NCBI GenBank assembly: GCA_964390105.1
Contig: CAYMGV010000001.1
Location: 66,002 to 130,001, forward strand
From: an uncultured Anaerolineae bacterium
GTDB taxonomy: Bacteria; Chloroflexota; Anaerolineae; Aggregatilineales; UBA3940
Reading direction: 5' to 3'
DNA: 64,000 nt
Shown here: positions 56,794 to 64,000 of the stretch, one piece after another
How positions within the stretch are numbered: the first letter of the stretch is position 1
Layout: each line of letters starts with the position of its first letter
Translations under genes and position numbers: made by a program
Notes under the pieces: model-generated
Database searches by the model: none
What the model was told of the DNA's origin: nothing
What the model saw: the letters and a program-made list of their open reading frames with translations, nothing else

Positions 56794-57840
56794 TTACGCC
56801 ATGTAGTCCTGCATAATGGCTTCCAGTTTGTCAGCGGTGGGGCGCAGCAGTGATTCATCCAGCGCGACCAGCGGGGTCTCGGTCATATTCTCAATCTCAT
56901 GGATGGTGCGACGCTCATGCTCATAATACAGCAGCCCCGTCAGAATTTTGTTTTCCATGCGCGCGGTATCGACTGCATTCAGTGCTTCAATACGATTCGT
57001 CGGATCGTATGACCCTTCCTCGCACTTCTTGAGGACCACCGTTGACCCATCGTGCATGGTCACTGCCATCTCACCTTCAGCATCATACACGCCCTCATCA
57101 ATCTCAATGTTCTCCTTGCTGGGCACGTAGCCATCAGCGAAGAATTCCACCGAGTGAATCGGATACTTGTTCTTACGAGCGAAGGCGTAGCTCTTGGTCG
57201 ATTGCGGCGTATCGTTGAATGCTACACAGGGGCTGATGATATCGATGATGGCAAGGCCATCATGGTGGATGGCGGCCTTGAGCAACGCGGAAACTTCCTT
57301 GGGCGACCCGGCAAATGAGCGGGCCACGAATGACGCCCCCCCGATGATCGCCTCCGTGACGATATCAACGCTTGGGTAGAGATTCTCGCCATAGTACTTT
57401 TGCGGTACGCCTTCGTCCTGTGTGGCGGAATGCTGACCCTTGGTCAGTCCATAGACGCCGTTGTTCTCCACGATGTACACCATCGGGACATTGCGGCGCA
57501 TCACATGTTTGAACTGCCCCATACCAATGCTGCCGGTGTCACCGTCCCCGCTGACACCCAGCGCGATCAGACTGCGGTTGGCGACAATGGCCCCGGTACC
57601 AACCGAGGGCATACGTCCATGTAATGCATTGAACCCGTGCGAACGGCCCAGGAAGTATGCCGGGCTTTTGCTGGAGCAACCGATACCGCTCAGCTTGATG
57701 ACACGGTGCGGATCAAGATCGATGTCGTAGGCGGTTCCCACGATCTGGTTTGCAATTGCGTTATGACCACAGCCGGGGCACAACGTCGTTGGGCGGCCCT
57801 TGTAGTCATTCTTCGCCAGGTTAAGATTATTCACTGCCAT
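56794..57840 (-). CDS. korB: 2-oxoacid:ferredoxin oxidoreductase subunit beta (TPP-binding)
   Basis: 348 aa. 'TLCPGCGHNAI' and the TPP motif 'GDGDTGSIGMGQFKH...VENNGVYGLTKGQ'. Confidence 0.9.
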   Translation of the reverse strand: MAVNNLNLAKNDYKGRPTTLCPGCGHNAIANQIVGTAYDIDLDPHRVIKLSGIGCSSKSPAYFLGRSHGFNALHGRMPSVGTGAIVANRSLIALGVSGDGDTGSIGMGQFKHVMRRNVPMVYIVENNGVYGLTKGQHSATQDEGVPQKYYGENLYPSVDIVTEAIIGGASFVARSFAGSPKEVSALLKAAIHHDGLAIIDIISPCVAFNDTPQSTKSYAFARKNKYPIHSVEFFADGYVPSKENIEIDEGVYDAEGEMAVTMHDGSTVVLKKCEEGSYDPTNRIEALNAVDTARMENKILTGLLYYEHERRTIHEIENMTETPLVALDESLLRPTADKLEAIMQDYMA

Positions 57841-57872
57841 TTTTGATCCCTTTGCAATCAGGTCTGTCGTTT

Positions 57873-59711
57873 CTAGTATTCGTCGCCAGTAATCAACCCG
57901 ACCACGCGGCCCGCGGTGAAGGGCATCCCATCCATGAACGGACGCGTCTTCATCTTCGGGGCGAGGTCAGGATACGCCATCAGTGTGATCTTGTAGAGCT
58001 GACCATCGTGGTTGTTCTCCACGATGTACACCTCGTCATGAGCCTCAATGAACTCACGAACCTCATCATGCAGCGGCAGTGAGCGCACGCGTATGTAATC
58101 CATTTCAAGGCCATGCTCGCTCATACGGTGGCGGGCCTCCTGTATGGCGGCATCGAGCGTGCCATAGGCAAGAATGCCGCTTTTCTCCTTACCGCTGCCA
58201 TGCGTTACCGGCTTCGGTGTGTACTGGCGGGCATTATCGTATTTATGCTGAAGCCGGACGAGATTAGCGTGCCAGGTATCAGAGTCCTCGCTGTAGACGG
58301 CATACTCATCATGGCCGGTCCCCCGCGCGAAGTACGCTGACTGCGGATGCGGGTTACCGGGGATGGTGCGGTACGGAATGCCATCGCCATCAACGTCACG
58401 GTAGCGGCCCCATACCTTAAATTCCTTGATGTGCGCGTCCAGTGCCTCTGCGGTCAGCACCTTGCCGCGGTCCATCGGCTGATCCGGGTACGTGAATTTA
58501 TTGCACATCCACAGATTCATACCGAGGTCAAGGTCGCTTAGCACAAACACCAGTGTCTGCATACGTTCGGCCACATCAAAGGCACGCCAGCCGAACTCGA
58601 ACGCTTCAGACAGCGTACCGGGCATCAGCACCACATGATGGGTATCACCATGACCCAGCATATAAGCCGCCAACAGATCACCCTGTGAAGTGCGGGTTGG
58701 CAGGCCGGTGCTGGGTCCCACGCGCTGGATGTTCCAGATCACTGAGGGAATCTCGGCGAAGTAGGCCATACCGGCAAATTCGCTCATCAGTGACATGCCG
58801 GGGCCTGAGGTGGCCGTCATGGCGCGCGCACCGGCCCAGCCAGCACCCAGCACCATACCGATAGCGGCCAGTTCGTCCTCAGCCTGCACAATCGCATAGT
58901 TGTGAGTGCCGTCCTCGTTACTGCGCAGCTTGGCCATGTGCTTCAATGCATAGTCAACGACGCTGGATGACGGTGTGATCGGATACCATGCGATGACCTG
59001 TACTCCACCGAAAGCTGCGCCAAGTGCAGCCGCCTCGTTGCCATCCATCAGGATTTTGCCCTTGGTCGCCTCCATACGCTCAACACGATACGGTGACGGT
59101 TTATCAGCCCATTCTTTCTCGGCGTAAGCATACGCGGCATTGATGATATCCATGTTCATATCAACGGCCTTGCGCTTACCCTTCAGCGCTTTGACCAGCA
59201 CGTTCTCCGTTTCATCAAGGTCCATGCCGATCAGATAAGCCAGCGCACCCACATAGATCATGTTACGAACGCGTTCCTTGAGCTGTGTCGGCACATCATG
59301 CGCGGTGAGGATGGCCTCGACTGGCAGCGGGTACTTGATGATATCGGTACGGGTGCTTTCATAGTTGAGGCCGGTATCAAAGATGACTATCCCGCCGGGT
59401 GGCAGGTTTTTCATATCCTGGATGATCGTGGCCTCGTTCATCGCGATCAGGACTTCACTGACTTCCTTCCGCGCAATGTAGCTCTCCTTGTTAACGCGGA
59501 TTTCGAACCAGGTGGGAAGCCCTTTAATGTTGGATGGGAAGATGTTCTTCCCGTTAACGGGGATACCCATGGCAAACAGGGTACGGATAATGGCGTTGTT
59601 TGAGGTCTGCGACCCTGTGCCATTCATGGTGGCAACGCTGATCTGGAAGTCGTTAACGACGACTTGTGGCGTCACCCCATTTGGGGTAGCCGGGCTGGCA
59701 GCATTACTCAT
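57873..59711 (-). CDS. korA: 2-oxoacid:ferredoxin oxidoreductase subunit alpha
   Basis: The start is at the ATG 59711 (MSNAASP...). 'SVATMNGTGSQTSNN', 'GNEAAALGAAFGGVQVIAWYPITPSS' and 'VQAEDELAAIGMVLGAGWAGARAMTATSGPG'. Confidence 0.9.
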   Translation of the reverse strand: MSNAASPATPNGVTPQVVVNDFQISVATMNGTGSQTSNNAIIRTLFAMGIPVNGKNIFPSNIKGLPTWFEIRVNKESYIARKEVSEVLIAMNEATIIQDMKNLPPGGIVIFDTGLNYESTRTDIIKYPLPVEAILTAHDVPTQLKERVRNMIYVGALAYLIGMDLDETENVLVKALKGKRKAVDMNMDIINAAYAYAEKEWADKPSPYRVERMEATKGKILMDGNEAAALGAAFGGVQVIAWYPITPSSSVVDYALKHMAKLRSNEDGTHNYAIVQAEDELAAIGMVLGAGWAGARAMTATSGPGMSLMSEFAGMAYFAEIPSVIWNIQRVGPSTGLPTRTSQGDLLAAYMLGHGDTHHVVLMPGTLSEAFEFGWRAFDVAERMQTLVFVLSDLDLGMNLWMCNKFTYPDQPMDRGKVLTAEALDAHIKEFKVWGRYRDVDGDGIPYRTIPGNPHPQSAYFARGTGHDEYAVYSEDSDTWHANLVRLQHKYDNARQYTPKPVTHGSGKEKSGILAYGTLDAAIQEARHRMSEHGLEMDYIRVRSLPLHDEVREFIEAHDEVYIVENNHDGQLYKITLMAYPDLAPKMKTRPFMDGMPFTAGRVVGLITGDEY

Positions 59712-59890
59712 GGGATGCACTCTCCTGCTGGATGTGTGTGGTATGAGCCTAAACCGTCTTAGCAATCAGGAGAAAGCCATACATAGGTCTGGTTTATCTG
59801 ATAAATCAGTTTTATCAGATTATTTGAGATATTCTACATTATCCTGTGAAGTGAGGCAACAGTTACCCGGCGGGATTCTGTGAATCCTGC

Positions 59891-60892
59891 CTAATCGCCT
59901 TCGGTGGGGTCAGCAGGTATTTCATCCGTGGGGGCTTCGTCATCACCTTGCCCTGGTGTGGATGATCGGCCCGGCACTGCATCGACCTCACGAGGCGGCA
60001 CAAATTCCGGGTTGAGTGCATACCAACGGATCGCATCAATAGGCTGCCCGTTGATCACGATCTCGAAATGCAGATGTGGCCCGTTCGTGCGGCCTGTGGC
60101 CCCGGCAGATCCTAGAATCTGCCCGGCATGCACATATTCACCGTGATTCACAAAAAACTCGGACAGATGCGCATACTGGGAAAAGATGCCATTGCCATGA
60201 TCGAGGATCACAACGCCACCACGCACCTCGAAACCTTCAGCGACAACCACCCAGCCATCTGCCGTGGCATACACCGGCTCCCCGACCAGCCGCCGGAAAT
60301 CCGTACCCGTATGATACTGGTACCACATTCCGCTGTTGTAGGTACGGTCGCCGCCAAACTGCGAGGTCACATCGCCATTGGGCACGGGCAGCACAAACGG
60401 CCACGATTGGATCGAGCGATTAGTGGGTTGCGCATATATCGTATCCAGCCGAACCTGTTCCATCTCGTTGATCTCTGCATCCAGCAGACCGACGAGATTA
60501 TAAGGCAGAGAGACGCTCTCCTCCGGGAACTCATAGTAGATCACGGTGATGGTTTTTGTCACCTCAATAACCAACCCGGTGACCGGGTCGGTCGCCGTCA
60601 CCACCACCTCGCGCTCGCCGGGTATGGCGTCAAATGGATAGGCAAACACTGCGCGGTAACCATCACCTGCCCAGAACACGTCAAGTGGCTCTCCCGCCAG
60701 CATCACAGTGACATCAAGCGGATAGCGCCCACCGACATACACCACGCCACCTTCTGCCGGGCGGATGAATTCAGGCGAGACCGATACGGTGAGATCAGGT
60801 GCAACAGGTGCCGCTTTAACCACCGGGACGGCAGATAGTAACACGATCCATACGGCGAGAACCAGGCCAAGAAGAGACTTTTTGATCGTCAT
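59891..60892 (-). CDS. M23-family metallopeptidase (peptidoglycan endopeptidase-like), secreted
   Basis: It starts at MTIKKSLLGLVLAVWIVLLSAVPVVKA (signal peptide). M23 motifs 'YHTGTDFR' and 'GATGRTNGPHLHFEI' are present. The ATG overlaps the stop of the upstream gene (ATGA at 60892-60889). Confidence 0.85.
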   Translation of the reverse strand: MTIKKSLLGLVLAVWIVLLSAVPVVKAAPVAPDLTVSVSPEFIRPAEGGVVYVGGRYPLDVTVMLAGEPLDVFWAGDGYRAVFAYPFDAIPGEREVVVTATDPVTGLVIEVTKTITVIYYEFPEESVSLPYNLVGLLDAEINEMEQVRLDTIYAQPTNRSIQSWPFVLPVPNGDVTSQFGGDRTYNSGMWYQYHTGTDFRRLVGEPVYATADGWVVVAEGFEVRGGVVILDHGNGIFSQYAHLSEFFVNHGEYVHAGQILGSAGATGRTNGPHLHFEIVINGQPIDAIRWYALNPEFVPPREVDAVPGRSSTPGQGDDEAPTDEIPADPTEGD

Positions 60893-62859
60893 GAGAGCAG
60901 GATATTTCCCCATTCATCAACCTCACCGTGCCAGCCGGGTGGCACCACGGCAGTTGAATCTAGCTGTACAATGATCGCCGGGCCGTCAAACGTGTGCCCC
61001 GCCAGCAGTTTTGTGCGGTCAAACACCGGCGCAGGCTGCGGGCCATCGGCAAACCAGGCTGTTCGCGTATCCAGCACAGCCTCATCGACCACGCCAGACG
61101 CCCGCGTTACCGTCGGCAGATCGGGCTTACCCCAGCGCCCAACCGCACGGACACGCACTGCCACCACCTCGACGGACTGCTCATCATGTCGATGCCTGTA
61201 CAGCCGGTAATGCGCAGCATGAAACGCTTCGAGCCAATCCGCGCTCACATCGTTAACCGTAACCTCGTGAGACTGCCCAGCATAGCGCATATCGAGCGCG
61301 CGCTCAAGTTCGATATCTGTATAAGGCAGCCCTTCATCAACCAATGCAGCAGCGGCACGTTCTTCAAGATCAACAAACACACCTTCCAGCCGTACAGGCA
61401 GGTCATCGGCCCAAACCTCCAGCAGCGGCGCGACGCCGTCCCGCACGAGGTCGGCCACTGTCATCCCCAGCGCCGAAAGTACCCCCGCCGTTCTCGGCAG
61501 GAACACGCGCGGAATATGCAGTGACATCGCCAGATCACAGGCATGCAGCGGCCCGGCACCACCAAAGGCCACCAGTGTAAACGTACGCGGGTCAAAGCCA
61601 CGCTCAATCGAGACGGCCCGGATGGCGCGCTCCATACTCGCGTTAGCAACACGCACCACGCCCAGCGCTGCCTGTTCGATACTGGCATCCGGCCACAGGT
61701 CCGTCAAGCGGGCCACGGCCTTACGGGCACGGCCCAAATCAAGAGACATACTGCCACCAAGAAAATGATCAGGCTGAAGACGACCTAACACGAGGTTGGC
61801 ATCAGAGGTAGTGGGTTGCCTGCCCCGGCCATAGCAGGCCGGGCCGGGATCCGCCCCGGCACTCTGCGGCCCGACGCGCAGTGCGCCGCCTTCATCAATG
61901 CGGGCGATGCTGCCACCGCCAGCGCCCACCGTGTGAATATCGACGACGGGCAGCGTTAACGGCATGCCATTGATCAGCGCCTCGCGCGTATATGGGATAC
62001 GCCCCGGGAAGACGGCAACATCGGTCGAAGTTCCACCCATGTCAAAGGTGATGATGTCCTCGATACCGGCCAGGCCCGCCGTATGAAAAGCACCCACTGC
62101 GCCCGCTGCCGGCCCCGATAAGGCCGTGCGAGCGGCCTCACGCCCAGCAGTAGCCGCATCAATGATGCCGCCGTTGGACTGCATGATCAGCAGACGGCGG
62201 CCCTCAAGCCCCTCCTGCACACGGGTCAGGTAACGTTCCATCAACGGACGCACATAGGCGTTGATGACCACGGTCGAGGCGCGTTCGTACTCGCGGTATT
62301 CCGGTGCGAGTTCTGATGAGAGCGTCACAGGCAGGCCAAGCGGCGCTAATGCCGTTTTGATCTGCTGCTCATGTTCATCGTTCATAAAGGAAAAAAGCAG
62401 GCACACTGCCAGCGACTCCGCACGGCTTGCCGCCACCTGTCTGACAAGACTTTCCAATGCGTCTGCATTCAGCGGGTGACGCACATATCCCGCCGCATCG
62501 ACGCGCTCCTCGGCTTCAAAACGCAGGTCCGGCGGCACCAGCGGGTCAGGCCGGGCGGGCACCAGCACATACAGATCGGGCCGGTTCTGCCGCCCGATCT
62601 CGATGATATCGGCAAAACCCGCTGTAGTGATGAAAGCCGTCGGTGCGCCTTTGTATTCAAGAAGCGCGTTGGTTGCTACGGTCGATCCATGGATCACGGC
62701 AGCATCATGGCTCAGCCCGAGATGGGTTACGCCTTCGAGTAATGCCCGTGACGGGTCACCTGGCGTGGAAAGCTGTTTGTGCAGCCGCAGTACACCACCC
62801 TGCACCAGCACGAAATCTGTAAACGTGCCGCCAATATCAACACCCAGTACAACGGTCAT
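60889..62859 (-). CDS. Hydantoinase/oxoprolinase family protein (HyuA-like, A subunit only)
   Basis: 656 aa. N-terminus 'LGVDIGGTFTDFVL', 'ITFDMGGTSTDV' and 'HTVGAGGGSIA', which are ASKHA-fold hydantoinase A motifs. No HyuB-like gene is adjacent. Confidence 0.85.
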   Translation of the reverse strand: MTVVLGVDIGGTFTDFVLVQGGVLRLHKQLSTPGDPSRALLEGVTHLGLSHDAAVIHGSTVATNALLEYKGAPTAFITTAGFADIIEIGRQNRPDLYVLVPARPDPLVPPDLRFEAEERVDAAGYVRHPLNADALESLVRQVAASRAESLAVCLLFSFMNDEHEQQIKTALAPLGLPVTLSSELAPEYREYERASTVVINAYVRPLMERYLTRVQEGLEGRRLLIMQSNGGIIDAATAGREAARTALSGPAAGAVGAFHTAGLAGIEDIITFDMGGTSTDVAVFPGRIPYTREALINGMPLTLPVVDIHTVGAGGGSIARIDEGGALRVGPQSAGADPGPACYGRGRQPTTSDANLVLGRLQPDHFLGGSMSLDLGRARKAVARLTDLWPDASIEQAALGVVRVANASMERAIRAVSIERGFDPRTFTLVAFGGAGPLHACDLAMSLHIPRVFLPRTAGVLSALGMTVADLVRDGVAPLLEVWADDLPVRLEGVFVDLEERAAAALVDEGLPYTDIELERALDMRYAGQSHEVTVNDVSADWLEAFHAAHYRLYRHRHDEQSVEVVAVRVRAVGRWGKPDLPTVTRASGVVDEAVLDTRTAWFADGPQPAPVFDRTKLLAGHTFDGPAIIVQLDSTAVVPPGWHGEVDEWGNILLS

Positions 62860-62862
62860 TGC

Positions 62863-63531
62863 TTACTCGGTATCGCTGTTCAGGCGGATAAACACATGGG
62901 CGGCAATCGTCCGCCCCAGGACTACGTCATCCTGCTGCCCCATACGTACCGTGATAGGGCCGTTGTACGGCGCGATATCAACCAGCCGAATCGATGCGCC
63001 GGGATACAGGCTGCGCTCGGCAAGGTAGGTCAGCAGCGTGGTCTCCTCCGGGTAAATGCGGTCAATAGCTCCCCTATCACCAACCTCCATGCTGTTAAGT
63101 GTCGTAACGGGTGATTCTGGCAGCTCGCCTGATACACCGGGAATCGGATTGCCGTGCGGGCACCGTTCCGGCTCACCAAGGAAGACGGCCAGGGCCTCGG
63201 TTACCTGGTCGGTAGTGGCATGTTCAAGCTGACAGGCCGGATCATGAACCTCCTCCCATGACACGCCAAGCTGATCAACCAGAAACGTTTCCCACAATCG
63301 ATGGCGACGCACCACGGAAAGCGCCTTACGCATCCCGGCATCGGTTAGTTCAACCCCTTTATATGGCGTATGGGTAATCATCTCCTGCTCACCCAACCGC
63401 TTCATCATCTCGTTGGCGGATACCGTGGAAACACCGAGCCGCTGCGCCACGCGCGATATGGCAGCGGGTTCCTCGGTGCTGAGTTCCATGATCGTCTTGA
63501 GATACATCTCGGTGCTTTCAGACATAGACAT
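62863..63531 (-). CDS. DtxR/MntR-family metal-dependent transcriptional regulator with C-terminal FeoA/SH3-like domain
   Basis: 222 aa. 'SESTEMYLKTIMEL', the wHTH 'ISRVAQRLGVSTVSANEMMKRL', dimerisation/metal site residues ('RRHRLWETFL', 'ACQLEH...CPHGNPIP') and a FeoA-like tail. Confidence 0.85.
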   Translation of the reverse strand: MSMSESTEMYLKTIMELSTEEPAAISRVAQRLGVSTVSANEMMKRLGEQEMITHTPYKGVELTDAGMRKALSVVRRHRLWETFLVDQLGVSWEEVHDPACQLEHATTDQVTEALAVFLGEPERCPHGNPIPGVSGELPESPVTTLNSMEVGDRGAIDRIYPEETTLLTYLAERSLYPGASIRLVDIAPYNGPITVRMGQQDDVVLGRTIAAHVFIRLNSDTE

Positions 63532-63686
63532 CTCGATTTAATCACTCTTAAGCGGGCGCGATACCGGATATTATACCCGCCACGGGTTGGATTCATCCAT
63601 CAGATAAATGACCAGTCTGGCCCAATGCCTGTATACTATGAGGGAAAGCTGACGCCGTTGAACCATCAGCTCATGTGGAGGAAACC

Positions 63687-64000
63687 ATGCCAACCCCGGA
63701 AAAGCACATCATCGTTGTATGCTGCGTATTATTCATCAGCTTGCTTGCCTGTAACGCGCCGGGCATTAGCTCGCCGACCATCACGCCGTCGCCATCCCCC
63801 ACGGCTGAGGCGACCATGACCCCGGAAGTCACGGCCACCGATGAAGCCACCGCCGTGCCAACGGCCACCGAGTTTGTCTGCATCTATAACGGGCGCTTCC
63901 TTGAGGATGTCACCATCCCGGATGGCTCCACTTTCACCCCCGGCGAGGTTTTTGATAAGACCTGGCGCATGGACAACACCGGCTGCCTGGCGTGGCCGGA
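63687..64000 (+). CDS. Lipoprotein with Thr/Pro linker and NBR1-like Ig-fold start (3' end beyond window)
   Basis: The ATG at 63687 is preceded by GGAGG. 'CCVLFISLLAC' is a lipobox, followed by a P/T/A-rich linker, then 'RFLEDVTIPDGSTFTPGEVFDKTWRMDNTGCLAWP'. The reading frame stays open to the window end, so it is absent from the track. Confidence 0.65.
   Translation, partial: MPTPEKHIIVVCCVLFISLLACNAPGISSPTITPSPSPTAEATMTPEVTATDEATAVPTATEFVCIYNGRFLEDVTIPDGSTFTPGEVFDKTWRMDNTGCLAWP

Overview
This is a visibly GC-rich bacterial chromosomal window. The gene content (T-box leader, SelB, KorAB, HerA/NurA, many TPR and BTAD proteins) suggests a Chloroflexota-like organism, but that is an inference and was not verified. 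I support about 55 protein-coding genes, two tRNAs, one T-box riboswitch and several intrinsic terminators and promoters.

Most of the window is housekeeping:
- recR-ybaB-dnaX
- valS with a T-box leader, then lepB and ppa
- mutM and dnaE
- tandem ATP-type and PPi-type phosphofructokinases
- an SbcC/Rad50-like ATPase
- selB, fadD, ftsH and a Ser/Thr kinase
- CoA-transferase subunits
- hisS next to tRNA-His
- korAB

Many long ORFs in the supplied track are antisense shadow ORFs typical of high-GC DNA, and I did not call them. I saw no CRISPR array, transposase or rRNA.

The best candidate for an undescribed system is a tightly packed three-gene minus-strand operon at 42.4-46.0 kb. It encodes a NurA-like nuclease, an unrecognisable 204-aa protein and a HerA-like (DUF87/FtsK-type) ATPase. 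It lies about 2 kb from a tyrosine integrase and tRNA-Leu.

Secondary curiosities:
- an SbcC/Rad50-like gene with a zinc hook but no SbcD, followed by a TPR protein
- a small two-TM membrane gene split across two frames exactly at a T_TTA_AAG heptamer and G6 run beside selB
- selB coupled to a 389-aa coiled-coil protein, with no other sel genes nearby
- an ADP-ribosylglycohydrolase wedged between, and translationally coupled to, CoA-transferase subunits
- a cluster of DnaA-box-like motifs in the 520-bp AT-rich gap upstream of dnaE, at a strand-bias switch
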